NCBI GenBank assembly: GCA_022828105.1
Contig: JAJEJC010000001.1
Coordinates: 5,918 to 69,917, forward strand
DNA length: 64,000 nt
Origin: Dehalococcoidia bacterium
GTDB lineage: Bacteria; Chloroflexota; Dehalococcoidia; Bin125
Reading direction: 5' to 3'
Position 1 is the first letter of the stretch, and each line of letters starts with the position of its first letter. The notes under the pieces were generated by a model, which was given only the letters and a program-made list of their open reading frames with translations, was not told the origin of the DNA and did not search any database. Both the position numbers and the translations under genes were made by a program. Of the stretch, positions 28,610-39,243 are shown piece after piece.

Positions 28610-29479
28610 TCACCGACCGGCGCCGCTCTCGTCGTAGCCCTGATCGCGCTCGCGCTTGAAGGCTGCCCAGCCCTGCTCCTCGCGGACGCGCTGGCGGTCC
28701 GATCCGACCGCGTCGTCGGCCTCCATCAGCTCGCGCAGCGCGTCGTGGTCGCGATAGCCGACAGCGTCGATCAGACCCATCTGCTCGTAGACCAAGTTGA
28801 CGAGCCGTTTGTTCAGGCGCACCACCGACGGCGGCAACGACGCGAGCTTGCGCGCCATCTCGTCCGCCGCTTGGTCAAGCTGATCGTCCGGCATGACGCG
28901 ATTGACCAAACCCATCCGCAGCGCGTCCTGCGCGCCCACGACCTCGCCCAGCAGCAGCACTTCCTTTGCCTGCTTCTGGCCGACCAGGAAGGGCGTGATC
29001 AGGACGGGGACGCCGAAGCCGTGGCGGATCTGGATCTCACCGAGCTTCGCGTTGTCCGAGGCCACGGTCAGGTCGCAGACGCCGGCCAGCTCGCAACCCT
29101 GACCGACCGCGTGTCCGCGCACCGCCGCGATCACCGGCTTGGCGAACGACCAGATGCGCATCATCACGTCGATGGAGTTGGGAGCGGGATCGTCGTCGGG
29201 ATAGAGCGACGACCAGAGGTCGCCGCCGGCCGAGAATGCCCGGCCTGCGCCGGTCAGGATCACGGCGCGGACATCGTCGTCCGACTCGGCGCGATCCAGC
29301 GCCTGGTCGAGCAGGCGGGTCACGTTCTTGTTGATCGCGTTCAACACGATCGGCCGGTTGAGCGTGATCCGGGCCACGCCCCCGGCTGCCTCATAGCGCA
29401 CGTCGTCGGGCGACGGCGGCGGGATAGCGATTCCGTCCGGGGTCTGCTTCCAAGCGCTCGTGTCGGGTTCGGTGGTCAT
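28610..29479 (-). CDS. enoyl-CoA hydratase/isomerase (crotonase) family protein
   Basis: ITLNRP...VILTGAGRAFSAGGDL oxyanion-hole motif. ATG at 29477-29479. Confidence 0.85.
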   Translation of the reverse strand: MTTEPDTSAWKQTPDGIAIPPPSPDDVRYEAAGGVARITLNRPIVLNAINKNVTRLLDQALDRAESDDDVRAVILTGAGRAFSAGGDLWSSLYPDDDPAPNSIDVMMRIWSFAKPVIAAVRGHAVGQGCELAGVCDLTVASDNAKLGEIQIRHGFGVPVLITPFLVGQKQAKEVLLLGEVVGAQDALRMGLVNRVMPDDQLDQAADEMARKLASLPPSVVRLNKRLVNLVYEQMGLIDAVGYRDHDALRELMEADDAVGSDRQRVREEQGWAAFKRERDQGYDESGAGR

Positions 29480-29487
29480 TGACGTTC

Positions 29488-32400
29488 CTACTCCTGCTCG
29501 GGATAGAGCACGACGCGGACCCAGCGATCCGTCGGCAGGATGCGTCCGGCGGCGGCGACCACCTGGTCGAGCGTCAGCGCATCGACCCGCTCCTCGTAGC
29601 TGGTGATCCACTCGAACGACTCACCGCGGATCAGCACGGTCTCGATCTGACTCACCCAGTAACTGTTCTCTCGCAGGTCTTCCGCGTAGGCGACACGCAG
29701 TTGCTCCTTGACCGTGTCGAGATAGCTCTGCTCGCCGCCGTCGCGGATCCAGTCCAGCTCGATTTCGATTTCGCCCAGCAGCTCCTCGACGCGATCCGGA
29801 TCGCTGCCAAAGATAATCGCCGCCTGGTACTCGGAGTCCGGTATTGAACTCAGCCTGCCCCAGACCGAGATGCTGTAGGTGCCGCCCAACGCCTCGCGAA
29901 TCCGTTCGCGCAGACGGGTTCCCAACATCTCTCCCGCGACCTCGACTGCTAGCGCTTCTTCACGGGTCCAGACGCCCTCGCCTTCGAAGACCCAGACCGT
30001 GTTGCTGCGCGCCTCGATGCCGCTGTACACGGTCTCGTCAATCACTCCCGGCGGCGGGTCGACGTGGTGGTCGACCCACTCCTCGACCCGGCCGGTCGTC
30101 GGCAAGCTGGCAAGGTACGTCTCGCTCAGCGTTCGCAGCTGATCCCAGTCAAACGCGCCAACGAACACGAACCGTGCATCGCCAAGGTCGGCAAAGCGGT
30201 CGGCGTAGACCGCCTCCGCTCGTTCCATGTTCAGTTCGTCAACCACCTCGAGGCTGAACGGCCGTCCTCTCAGGTGACCCTGGCTGAGCAGCGAGTTGAC
30301 CCGGTCGAACAGCACGGCATCCGGCTGGGTTGGACGCAGCTCCGCGGAGCTGCGCAGCCGCTCCTCGAAGGTTGAGTAGAAGTCCGGATCCAGTCGGGCC
30401 GCGGTCGCGTACAGGTGGATGAGCTGGAACATCACTTCAAGGTCCTGCGGCGACGCCTCGCCGCGCAGTCCCTCGATCAGTTCATTGATGTATGGAGTCA
30501 CGCTCGCCCGCACGCCGGCCAGCAGCCGGTCCAGGGCGACGCTGTCGTGCTCGCCGACTCCGCTGCCATGAATCAGGTCGTCCGCGTAGAGTGCAGACAC
30601 GTAGTCCTCGTCCGAGACCAGCGACGTGCCTCCCGGACTAAAGGCGGTGAATCGCACTTCGTCGTCCTTGAAGTCGGTCTGCTTGGCTATCACGGTGATG
30701 CCGTTCGAGAGGGTCCACTGGACCGCGTCGATCGACTCGATCTCCGTTTCATCCACGATGCGGCCGGCCGTAGGAATCGATGCAATCAGCGGCTCGTCGC
30801 TGGATTCGTCGGCGTAGGGCTCAACGACCATCGAGCCGGCGTCGACAAGCTGTGCGCTCAATACCGCTTCGAGCGCTTCGCCGCCGGTCGGGTCGATGCC
30901 CTCCGGTCCCAGCACCAACAGCACGCTGTTGCGAACCTCGGTCCAGGCCCGCGCGACCGCATTGACATCGCCCAGCGACACCTGCGGCAGCAGGGCGCGG
31001 GTGAGGTCCCACTGCGCCTCGATGCCCGTTGCAGGCGCGCCGCTGAGGAAGTGCGACCGGTACGAAATCGCAATCTGCGAGGAATCGATCTGCTCGCGAT
31101 TGGTGTACTGGCGTTCGACCCCGCTGAGCAGGTTGATCTTCTCGCGTTCCAGCTCCGAGGCGGTGAACCCATGCTGTCCGGCGCGCTGGACTTCCTCCAG
31201 CATGGCCGTGACGCCGCGCTCGACGCCTTCCTGGGTTGTGGCAACGGCAAACTGTTCGATATCCAGCGTCAGGACGAACGGCGAAAATCCGGCGAATGAG
31301 CCCAGGTAGGGCGGATCGGCCTCCTGGCCGCGCTCGAACAGCCGCGCATTGAGCATGGCAAAGGCGAGTCCGCTGGTCAGGCTGCGCTGCAACGCAGCCA
31401 CATCGCGACCCCGTTCGGGCGACAGTTTGCGCACGAGCACGATCTGCGTGTAGGGCGCTTCAGGATCGGTGAACACGTCGACCTGCGGCTGCTCGTTGCC
31501 GGGAACGTCAAACAGCGGCCGCTCCACGGCTTCGGCAACGGCCGCCCGTTCCTGGTTCGCTTCGCCCTCGGGCGGCGGCGCGAAGTGCCGCCTGATCCTC
31601 GACTCCATCTCCGCGACCTCGAAGTCGCCCACGGCGACCACGGCCATCAGGCTCGGCCGGTACCAGCGCTCGTAGAAGGCGCGCAGTTCTTCGGCTGGCG
31701 CGGTTTCGAGTACTTCGAGCAACCCGATCGGATCGCGCTCGGCGTACTGAGACGAGCCAAAGAGCAGCGGGTAGAGATTGCTGTAGAAGCGGGAATCGAA
31801 TCCCTGGAACAGGCGGCGCTCCTCGATCACCACGCCGCGTTCCAGCTCCACTTCCTCTGGATCAAACGCGATGGCATAGGCCCAGTCGCTGAGAATATGG
31901 AAGGTGGTCTCCATGATCTCGGCGTCGTTGGTCGGCACTTCGAGGAAGTAGACCGTCTCGTCCAGTCCGGTGTAGGCGTTCAGGTGCGCGCCGAAGTCGC
32001 TGCCGATCGACTCCAGGTACTCGACGATTTCCTGCTTCTCGAAGCGCTCCGTGCCGTTGAACGCCATGTGCTCGACAAAGTGAGCGAGCCCGCGCTGCTG
32101 CTCTTCCTCCAACACCGACCCGGCGCGGACCACAAGCGAAAGATGCGCTCGACCCTGCGGCTCCGAGTTCTGGCGAATGTAGTACGTCAATCCATTGCTC
32201 AACGTTCCGACCGTGACGTCGGGATCGAACGGCAGCGGATCGTCAGGATCGAATACGGGCAGTTCCGGCTCGGCATCTTCCTCCGACTCTTCCGCTTCGA
32301 CCTCTGCTGCAGCCTGCGCCTGATCTGCTTGTTCTGTTTGCTCGGCCTCCGGTTGAGCCGGCTGCTCGCTCTCTGCCGATTGCTCCGTTTGCTCCTCTGC

Positions 32401-32571
32401 GCTCTCCTGTTCGTCCTGCGCAGTCTGTTCGGCCGCGACAGGTTGATCTGCTTGCTCGGTCTGCGGTGTGACCACCTGAGCGGGTCGCTCGGAAGGGGGC
32501 GCATCGTTCGAGCAGCCGGCGACGGCAACCAATAACAGCAGCCCCAACAGCAATGAGATCGATGGCTTCAT
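29488..32571 (-). CDS. M16 (pitrilysin/insulinase) family zinc peptidase lipoprotein, double-length
   Basis: Lipobox LVAVAGCS, long E/Q/A-rich linker, inverted zincin motif HFVEH. About 1027 aa with repeated M16 halves. Confidence 0.85.
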   Translation of the reverse strand: MKPSISLLLGLLLLVAVAGCSNDAPPSERPAQVVTPQTEQADQPVAAEQTAQDEQESAEEQTEQSAESEQPAQPEAEQTEQADQAQAAAEVEAEESEEDAEPELPVFDPDDPLPFDPDVTVGTLSNGLTYYIRQNSEPQGRAHLSLVVRAGSVLEEEQQRGLAHFVEHMAFNGTERFEKQEIVEYLESIGSDFGAHLNAYTGLDETVYFLEVPTNDAEIMETTFHILSDWAYAIAFDPEEVELERGVVIEERRLFQGFDSRFYSNLYPLLFGSSQYAERDPIGLLEVLETAPAEELRAFYERWYRPSLMAVVAVGDFEVAEMESRIRRHFAPPPEGEANQERAAVAEAVERPLFDVPGNEQPQVDVFTDPEAPYTQIVLVRKLSPERGRDVAALQRSLTSGLAFAMLNARLFERGQEADPPYLGSFAGFSPFVLTLDIEQFAVATTQEGVERGVTAMLEEVQRAGQHGFTASELEREKINLLSGVERQYTNREQIDSSQIAISYRSHFLSGAPATGIEAQWDLTRALLPQVSLGDVNAVARAWTEVRNSVLLVLGPEGIDPTGGEALEAVLSAQLVDAGSMVVEPYADESSDEPLIASIPTAGRIVDETEIESIDAVQWTLSNGITVIAKQTDFKDDEVRFTAFSPGGTSLVSDEDYVSALYADDLIHGSGVGEHDSVALDRLLAGVRASVTPYINELIEGLRGEASPQDLEVMFQLIHLYATAARLDPDFYSTFEERLRSSAELRPTQPDAVLFDRVNSLLSQGHLRGRPFSLEVVDELNMERAEAVYADRFADLGDARFVFVGAFDWDQLRTLSETYLASLPTTGRVEEWVDHHVDPPPGVIDETVYSGIEARSNTVWVFEGEGVWTREEALAVEVAGEMLGTRLRERIREALGGTYSISVWGRLSSIPDSEYQAAIIFGSDPDRVEELLGEIEIELDWIRDGGEQSYLDTVKEQLRVAYAEDLRENSYWVSQIETVLIRGESFEWITSYEERVDALTLDQVVAAAGRILPTDRWVRVVLYPEQE

Positions 32572-32715
32572 CCGAGCGCTCACTGCGTTGCCCTTTCCTT
32601 GCCGGTGGCCGCGCCGCGCCACGGGCGCGCACCCGCCACAGTGTCCGCGTTCGGGTCACTACACGCTGTTCACCAGTAGCCGCGATGTGTTGACTCTGTG
32701 CAGCCGAGCAATGCG

Positions 32716-34341
32716 CTAGGAGAGCGTGAAGCCCTCGTAGCCGTTGGCGGCGACCTCCTCCAGGCGCTCGCGATAGCGTGGCGCGCCTCCCGGATAGATC
32801 ATGTAGCGCTGGTGATCGTGCTTGCCGTGTCCGTCGACGTTGGAGTTGTAGCCCGTGAACCAGCTCTTGACCTTGCTCATCAACTGGAACTGGTACATCT
32901 CCTGCACGTGTTGCCGCCAGGCCGACTCCGCCTCGGCGTTCGCCTCGATCCGTCGGTATCCGTGATCACGCATGTAGCCGAGCAGGTCGGAGATCCAATC
33001 GACCGCCGTCTCAATCCCACGTGGGTAGTTGGTCGAGACCGAGCCGCCCTGCGGGCCGCTCAGCATCAGCAGGTTCGGGAAGCCTGAGGTCTGCATGCCC
33101 AGCAGCGTGTCGGGACTCTCTGCCCACTTCTCGCGCAGCGCCACACCGCCCGAGCCGGTCATGTTGATCCGATCGAACGCGCCGGTGATCGCATCGAAGC
33201 CGGTCGCGTAGATAATCAGATCGAACTCGTAGTCCTGCTCCGACGTCGTCAATCCCGTCGGCGTGATCCGCTCGATCGGCGTCTCGTTGATATCGATCAG
33301 CCGGACGTTCTCGCGGTTGTAGGCCTCGTAGTAGCGAGTCTCCAGTGGGACGCGCCGAGTGCCGAATCCGTGGTCCTTGGGAATCAGCCGCTCGGCCGTG
33401 ACCGGATCATGGACCCGTGAGCGGATCTTGTCGGCGATGAACTCCGAGTACTCGGCGTTCGCCTCAGGATTGATGCCCACGTCGATGAAGTTGCCCATCC
33501 AGACACTGAAGCCGCGCGCCGCGTAGATCTTCTCCCACAGATCAAGCCGTTCTTCGCGCGGTACGTCGCGCATCTTGCGTGGATCGGGGCTGTGCAGAAA
33601 TCCGCCGGCGTTGCGGCGGCAGATCTCGAAGATCTCGTCATACGACGACTTGATGTCCGCGAGATCTGTGGGATCGATCTCGTCGTTGTGCAGCGGCGCG
33701 CACCAGTTCGGTCGGCGTTGGAACACCGTCAGCTCGCCGACCTTGTCCGCGATCTCCGAGATCACCTGGACGCCGGTCGCGCCGGTGCCGATTACTGCCA
33801 CGCGCTTGCCCGCCAGCTCGACCGGCTCGTGCGGCCAGTAGTAGGTATGCCAGGCATCGCCCTCAAAACTGTCGCGTCCCGGAATCCTCGGCAGAGTCGC
33901 CGCCGACAGCATTCCGATCGCGGTGAGCAGAAAGCGGCCCGTGAACTCGCGGCCGTCCTCCAGCCGCACCCTCCAGAAAGATCCGTCCTCGTCGAACGTC
34001 GCGGCCTTGACCTTACAGCCGAACTGCATGTGCTGCCGCAGGTCGAACTTGTCGACAACATGATTCAGATAACGCAAGGTCTCGGCTTGACCCGCGAAGT
34101 GCTCACTCCAGTCCCACTCGGCCAACAGCTCCTTGGAGAAGGAGTATCCGTAGGTGTAGCTTTCCGAGTCGAACCGCGCGCCGGGGTAGCGATTCCAGTA
34201 CCAGGTGCCGCCCGGCCCGTCGGCCGCCTCAAGCACGGTCGCGCTCATGCCCAGCTCCTGCAGCCGATAGATCTGGTAGATGCCGGCCACTCCCGCGCCG
34301 ATCACGACGGCGTCGTACTGCGGCTGTTGCGATTCCGTCAT
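32716..34341 (-). CDS. Baeyer-Villiger (flavin-containing) monooxygenase
   Basis: GAGVAGIY FAD motif, GGTWYWNRYPG, BVMO fingerprint FEGDAWHTYYWP, second Rossmann GTGATGVQ. Confidence 0.9.
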   Translation of the reverse strand: MTESQQPQYDAVVIGAGVAGIYQIYRLQELGMSATVLEAADGPGGTWYWNRYPGARFDSESYTYGYSFSKELLAEWDWSEHFAGQAETLRYLNHVVDKFDLRQHMQFGCKVKAATFDEDGSFWRVRLEDGREFTGRFLLTAIGMLSAATLPRIPGRDSFEGDAWHTYYWPHEPVELAGKRVAVIGTGATGVQVISEIADKVGELTVFQRRPNWCAPLHNDEIDPTDLADIKSSYDEIFEICRRNAGGFLHSPDPRKMRDVPREERLDLWEKIYAARGFSVWMGNFIDVGINPEANAEYSEFIADKIRSRVHDPVTAERLIPKDHGFGTRRVPLETRYYEAYNRENVRLIDINETPIERITPTGLTTSEQDYEFDLIIYATGFDAITGAFDRINMTGSGGVALREKWAESPDTLLGMQTSGFPNLLMLSGPQGGSVSTNYPRGIETAVDWISDLLGYMRDHGYRRIEANAEAESAWRQHVQEMYQFQLMSKVKSWFTGYNSNVDGHGKHDHQRYMIYPGGAPRYRERLEEVAANGYEGFTLS

Positions 34342-34492
34342 CTCACGCTCCTTCAGGTCACTTCGTAAGTTTCGACCGCCGGATTGACCTCGAACGGCTC
34401 CTCTTCGCAGTCTAGGAGCCGGGCAACCCTGCGGTGTCGGCCGCCCGCGATCGCAGTGGACTAGGATCGTCTCGTCGCAGGAGGCGCCTGAG

Positions 34493-35137
34493 ATGCAGTT
34501 CCGGCAAGGTCAGAAGGAAGCGATCGCCAGAGGTGAACTGACGCTCACCCTTCGCCGCTGGCGGCGGCCGCAGGCGAAGGTCGGTGGACGCTATCGAGTC
34601 GGATCTCACGTGATCGAGGTCACGTCAGTCGAACGGGTCGAACCTTCCGATATCTCAGTCGCGGATGCCCGCGCCGCAGGTCACGACTCTCCACAGGCTG
34701 CACTCGACGCCGTCCGCGCCAATCAACGCTCGTCGGGCGATCCTGAGGCGCCGCTCTATTGGATCGAGTTCCGCTCGTTGGGCGAGCAGGCGGATCCTCG
34801 GGCTGCGCTGGCCGCTGACGATGCGCTGCAATCGGAGGACATCGCCGAACTGACTGCTCGGCTGAACAAGATGGACGCGCGCTCGCAGCACGGTCCCTGG
34901 ACACGGGCCACGCTGGCGGCGATTGCCGAAGCGCCCGGTCGACGCGCCGCCGAACTCGCCGCTGCGCAGTCGCGCGAGACGAAGAAGTTCAAGACCGACG
35001 TGCGCAAACTCAAAGCGCTCGGCCTGACGATCAGCCTCGAAGTCGGCTACCGACTGTCTCCCCGAGGGCAAGTCGTACTCGACGCGCTGCAGGAGCCTAC
35101 GACTGCCGCGCCGCCGCAATCTCACGCGCCGCGCTGA
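34493..35137 (+). CDS. ASCH (PUA-like) domain-containing hypothetical protein
   Basis: N-terminal ELTLTLRRWRRPQAKVGGRYRV...IEVTSVERV resembles an ASCH beta-barrel pattern. The remainder is unassigned. Confidence 0.5.
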   Translation: MQFRQGQKEAIARGELTLTLRRWRRPQAKVGGRYRVGSHVIEVTSVERVEPSDISVADARAAGHDSPQAALDAVRANQRSSGDPEAPLYWIEFRSLGEQADPRAALAADDALQSEDIAELTARLNKMDARSQHGPWTRATLAAIAEAPGRRAAELAAAQSRETKKFKTDVRKLKALGLTISLEVGYRLSPRGQVVLDALQEPTTAAPPQSHAPR

Positions 35138-35492
35138 CTACGCCCGGCATTGCGGCTTCCAGCTCAGCTGCATCCAGCGACTCTGCCACGCCCGGATATC
35201 CGGCCCGCTCGATCATCGGGCCCAGGCGGCCGCGCTCGAAGCAGTCCAGGGTCCAATCCAGCGCGTCGCCGGCGGCGGTCAGGTCGAGCATCAGCCGCTC
35301 GTCGTCGGACTGCGGTCCGTAGTGATAGTGCGGCGCGACACGGAAGCAGTCGAACCTGAGCAGTTCCGTGTCTTCGCCGTCCACGGCCGCGCGCACTTCG
35401 ATGCACAACCCTTCGTCGCCTGCAATGTCGTCGCGATAGCGCATGGCGAAGGCGATCGCGCCCGCCTCGACTCGTTCCTGATGCCCACTCAT
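35097..35492 (-). CDS. hypothetical protein (131 aa)
   Basis: ATG at 35490-35492 preceded by GGAGA. GC3-rich. 41-nt convergent overlap with the preceding gene. Confidence 0.5.
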   Translation of the reverse strand: MSGHQERVEAGAIAFAMRYRDDIAGDEGLCIEVRAAVDGEDTELLRFDCFRVAPHYHYGPQSDDERLMLDLTAAGDALDWTLDCFERGRLGPMIERAGYPGVAESLDAAELEAAMPGVVSAAREIAAARQS

Positions 35493-35633
35493 GATCCGTC
35501 TCCAAGGCCTTGCTGGGAATGGCAAGCTAGCACAGCCGCAACGCGCGTGTGGACCGCGTCTCGGAGCAGAGGTCGGTCGGGGAATGTCTATTCTGTGTGG
35601 AACGAACCGGAGGAGCGAAGGAGAGGGATCGGC

Positions 35634-35969
35634 ATGATCGAAATGCAAGACGAACTCCAGGACGACGTGCTGGTGCTCAGTCCGACCGGCCGAATCGACG
35701 GCGCCAACGCCAGGGAGTACGAGGAAACCCTGCTGGATCGGATCAAGGCGGGCCACAGCAAGATTCTGCTCGATTGCCAGCGGATCAACTACATCTCCTC
35801 CGCCGGCCTGCGGGTGCTGCTGATGGCCTCCAGGCGCGCCGGCGAGTCCGCCGGCAACCTCATCCTCTGCGAAGTGCAGGAGCAGGTTCACGACGTCTTC
35901 AAGTTCTCCGGTTTCGCCGAGATCATTCAGATTCATGGGGACCGCAACGACGCGCTCGAGGCGTTCTAG
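35634..35969 (+). CDS. STAS domain protein (anti-sigma-factor antagonist-like)
   Basis: VLVLSPTGRIDGANA...ILLDCQRINYISSAGLRVLL...FKFSGF matches the SpoIIAA/STAS pattern. ATG at 35634 after GGAGGAGCGAAGGAGAGGG. Confidence 0.8.
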   Translation: MIEMQDELQDDVLVLSPTGRIDGANAREYEETLLDRIKAGHSKILLDCQRINYISSAGLRVLLMASRRAGESAGNLILCEVQEQVHDVFKFSGFAEIIQIHGDRNDALEAF

Positions 35970-36066
35970 TCCCGCTTCCGTTTTGGGGGAGAGACTTTCC
36001 CCTTCAGCCCACCCAAGCCGGCTTCTCCCGGCGCTGCGATACAATCTGCGCCGACGGGAAGCGCGC

Positions 36067-37527
36067 ATGACGAACCATCTGCTCGACGGTTACGCCGACG
36101 ACGGTACCGCCTGCGACGAGATGTTCGATCCGGCCGGCGAGTTCCGGCCGGAGTACCGCGAACTGGGCGAGCTATTGCAGCGATGGACGGCGGACGATCA
36201 TCTCGAACGCGAGGAACGTGCCGACCTCGCTCTGCTCAGCGCCGGAATCACGTTCAATGTCTATTCCGAGGAAGAGGGCACGGAGCGCATTTTCCCGTTC
36301 TCGCTGATCCCTCGCATCGTGGGCGCGCAGGAATGGTCGGAGATCGAATCGGGACTCAAGCAGCGGCTCCAGGCGCTGAACATGTTCTTGATCGATGTGT
36401 ACGGAACGCAGCGAATCATCAAGGAACAGGTGATTCCCGAGGAGATCGTCCTCAGCTCTCCCGGTTACCAGCCAAAGATGGCCGGCTTTCGCCCGCCGCT
36501 CGACATCTACGCGCACATCGCCGGCTGCGACCTGGTCCGCGACCGTGAGCAGGGAATGGTCGTCCTGGAGGACAACCTCCGCACTCCATCGGGAGTCTCC
36601 TACGTGCTCGAGAATCGGGCCGTGATGCTGCGCGTGGTTCCCGACCTGTTTCCCCGCTGGGGCGTCCGCGCAATCGCGGACTACCCCAGTCAGCTCATGT
36701 CGATGCTGCTCTCCGTCCGACCCGAGGTCAGCAGCGATCCGCCGCGCGCCGTGTTGCTGACGCCGGGGCTCTACAACTCCGCCTACTTCGAGCACTCGTT
36801 CCTCAGCAATCAGATGGGCATCCCGCTGGTCGAAGGCTCCGACCTGACCGTCGGTGACGACGATTTCGTCTATCTGCGTTCAACCACCGGACTTGAGCGG
36901 GTCGACGTGATCTACCGCCGGATCGACGACGACTTTCTCGATCCCGAGTTCTACCGACCTGACTCGCTGCTGGGCGTGCCGGGACTGATGCGCGCCTACC
37001 ACAAGGGACACGTCAGCCTGGTCAACGCGCCGGGCGCCGGCGTCGCCGACGACAAGGTTGTCTACCGCTGGGTGCCCGACATCATCCGCTTCTATCTGGA
37101 CGAGGAACCGATCCTGGCCAACGTCGAGACGTTCTCGGCGCTGATTCCGTCGGAGCTGGACCACATCCGCGCCCACGCGCGAGAACTCGTGATCAAGCCG
37201 GCCAACGCATCGGGCGGCTACGGCGTGCTGATCGGCGCGCAGGCGTCGGCGGCCGAGCTTGAAGACACGCTGGCCCAGGTCGAGGCGGAGCCCCGCAACT
37301 GGATTGCGCAGCCGCTGCTTGAATTCAGCTCGATCCCGACCTTCGACGGCGATCTGCTCAAGCCGCGCCGCTCGGACCTGCGGCCGTTCATTCTCTCCGG
37401 ACGCGAGACCTGGGTGATTCCCGGCGGACTGACCCGCGTCGCCCTGCGCGAGGGCTCCTACATCGTCAACTCCTCGCAAGGCGGAGGCAGCAAGGACACC
37501 TGGGTGCTGAACGAGGGGCCCGACTGA
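36067..37527 (+). CDS. circularly permuted type 2 ATP-grasp protein (DUF404/DUF407)
   Basis: Sequence pattern and about 486-aa size, followed directly by alpha-E and Anbu genes (canonical operon order). Confidence 0.8.
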   Translation: MTNHLLDGYADDGTACDEMFDPAGEFRPEYRELGELLQRWTADDHLEREERADLALLSAGITFNVYSEEEGTERIFPFSLIPRIVGAQEWSEIESGLKQRLQALNMFLIDVYGTQRIIKEQVIPEEIVLSSPGYQPKMAGFRPPLDIYAHIAGCDLVRDREQGMVVLEDNLRTPSGVSYVLENRAVMLRVVPDLFPRWGVRAIADYPSQLMSMLLSVRPEVSSDPPRAVLLTPGLYNSAYFEHSFLSNQMGIPLVEGSDLTVGDDDFVYLRSTTGLERVDVIYRRIDDDFLDPEFYRPDSLLGVPGLMRAYHKGHVSLVNAPGAGVADDKVVYRWVPDIIRFYLDEEPILANVETFSALIPSELDHIRAHARELVIKPANASGGYGVLIGAQASAAELEDTLAQVEAEPRNWIAQPLLEFSSIPTFDGDLLKPRRSDLRPFILSGRETWVIPGGLTRVALREGSYIVNSSQGGGSKDTWVLNEGPD

Positions 37528-38504
37528 TGCTCAGCCGAGTCGCCGAGAACCTCTTCTGGCTCGGACGCTACCTGGAGCGGGCCGAGAACATCGCCCGCAT
37601 GGCGCGCGTCGAGCACGAGGTGTCGCTGGAGAGCGGCCAGGAAATCTGGCACAGCCTGGTCAGCACGACGGCGTCGAATCAGCTCTTCTGGGACACGCTC
37701 GCCGACTCGCCCGACCTGACCCACTCCGAGTTCCTGATCTACTCGATGCAGAATCCCGCCTCGCTGCGCGCCACGCTGGTCCGCGCGCGCGAGCTGGCGC
37801 GCGGACTGCGCGAGCACATCTCGCGGGAGGTCTGGGAGGAGATCAACGCGCTCTATCTCTACCTCGCCCTGCGCAAGGAGTACATCGCCAGCGACATCCA
37901 ACAGTTCTGCACCGAGACCCAGCGGCGCACCCAGACCATCCTCGGCCTCTACGACAACACGGTGTTGCGCGACGAGGGGCGCGAGTGGTTCCGCTGCGGG
38001 ATGTATCTCGAACGCGCCGACATGACCAGCCGGATCATCGACGCCAAGTACCACATCCTGCTGCCCCGCGGCGACGACGTCGGCGGACCGTTCGACCGCT
38101 TCCAGTGGATGGCCGTGCTGCGATCCGCCTCGGCCCGCGAGGCCTACTGGCGGATGGGCAACAGCGAGGTTGACGGCATCGTCGTCGCCGATCTGCTGAT
38201 CTTCTCGCAGGAGTTCCCGCGCAGCCTCGCCTTCTGCGTGCAGGCGTTGCAGCGGCACTTCCAGCAGGCGACCGGCGAGACGCCCAAGCGGCGCCGAGCC
38301 GGCGCAGAGCGCGGCATCACGCTGCTGCACCTGGACATCGGCGCGCGCGACATGGAGCAACTCGTCGACGATGGACTGCACGAGTTCATCGACGACTTCC
38401 AGCAGCGCCTGATCGAGATCGACCGTTCGATCACCGACGACATCTTTCGCGCCGAACCCAACGCCGAGCAGTCGCAGCAACTGGCTACAGCGGAGCAGGG
38501 CTGA
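37527..38504 (+). CDS. alpha-E domain protein (DUF403)
   Basis: MLSRVAENLFWLGRYLERAEN N-terminus is characteristic. Start overlaps the upstream stop. Confidence 0.85.
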   Translation: MLSRVAENLFWLGRYLERAENIARMARVEHEVSLESGQEIWHSLVSTTASNQLFWDTLADSPDLTHSEFLIYSMQNPASLRATLVRARELARGLREHISREVWEEINALYLYLALRKEYIASDIQQFCTETQRRTQTILGLYDNTVLRDEGREWFRCGMYLERADMTSRIIDAKYHILLPRGDDVGGPFDRFQWMAVLRSASAREAYWRMGNSEVDGIVVADLLIFSQEFPRSLAFCVQALQRHFQQATGETPKRRRAGAERGITLLHLDIGARDMEQLVDDGLHEFIDDFQQRLIEIDRSITDDIFRAEPNAEQSQQLATAEQG

Positions 38505-38505
38505 G

Positions 38506-39243
38506 ATGACCTTTTGCCTGGGCATCAAGTGCCGCGACGGCCTGATTGCGATCGCCGACACCCGCATCACCAGCGGCTCCGAGGTCTCGACGGCCAAGAA
38601 GATCGCCGTCCACCGCGGCGACGGACACACGATGTTCATCCTCACCAGCGGACTGCGCTCGGTGCGCGACAAGGCGATCACCTACTTCGCCGAGCGGCTG
38701 CGGCGCAACGAGCACGAACTGACCCGCTCCTACCAGGCCGTCAACGCGCTGGCCGAGGAAATGCGGCGCGTCTACAACGAGGACAACGAGTGGCTGCTCA
38801 AGGCCGGACTGCACTTCGACCTGCACTGCATCGTCGGCAGCCAGATGACCGAGGACGATGCGCCGCATCTATTCCTGCTCTATCCGCAAGGCAACTGGGT
38901 TGAAGTCTCGCGCGGCACGCCCTACCTGATCATCGGCGAGACCCGCTTTGGCAAGCCGATCCTCGATCGCACCCTGCGCTATGAGGCCTCGCTGGAAGAA
39001 TCGCTGCGGCTGGGCGTGCTCTCGTTCAACTCGACCGAGGCCAGCTCCGCCGATGTCGGGCCGCCGATGGACGCCGTCGTCTACCGCGCCGACTCCTTTG
39101 AAGCCGCCGAGCACCGCTTCAGCGCCGATGAGCTGGAGCCGATCTCCAGCTTCTGGCAGCAAGCCATCGAACACGCCGTCGAGCAGTCCGCCGCCCCCTT
39201 CGCCCCCCTCGCCCAATCCATCGGCCTCGACCCCGCGGACTGA
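38506..39243 (+). CDS. Anbu-type proteasome beta-subunit homolog (Ntn hydrolase)
   Basis: MTFCLGIKCRDGLIAIADTRITSG has Thr directly after the initiator Met. Operon context with cpATP-grasp and alpha-E. Confidence 0.8.
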   Translation: MTFCLGIKCRDGLIAIADTRITSGSEVSTAKKIAVHRGDGHTMFILTSGLRSVRDKAITYFAERLRRNEHELTRSYQAVNALAEEMRRVYNEDNEWLLKAGLHFDLHCIVGSQMTEDDAPHLFLLYPQGNWVEVSRGTPYLIIGETRFGKPILDRTLRYEASLEESLRLGVLSFNSTEASSADVGPPMDAVVYRADSFEAAEHRFSADELEPISSFWQQAIEHAVEQSAAPFAPLAQSIGLDPAD

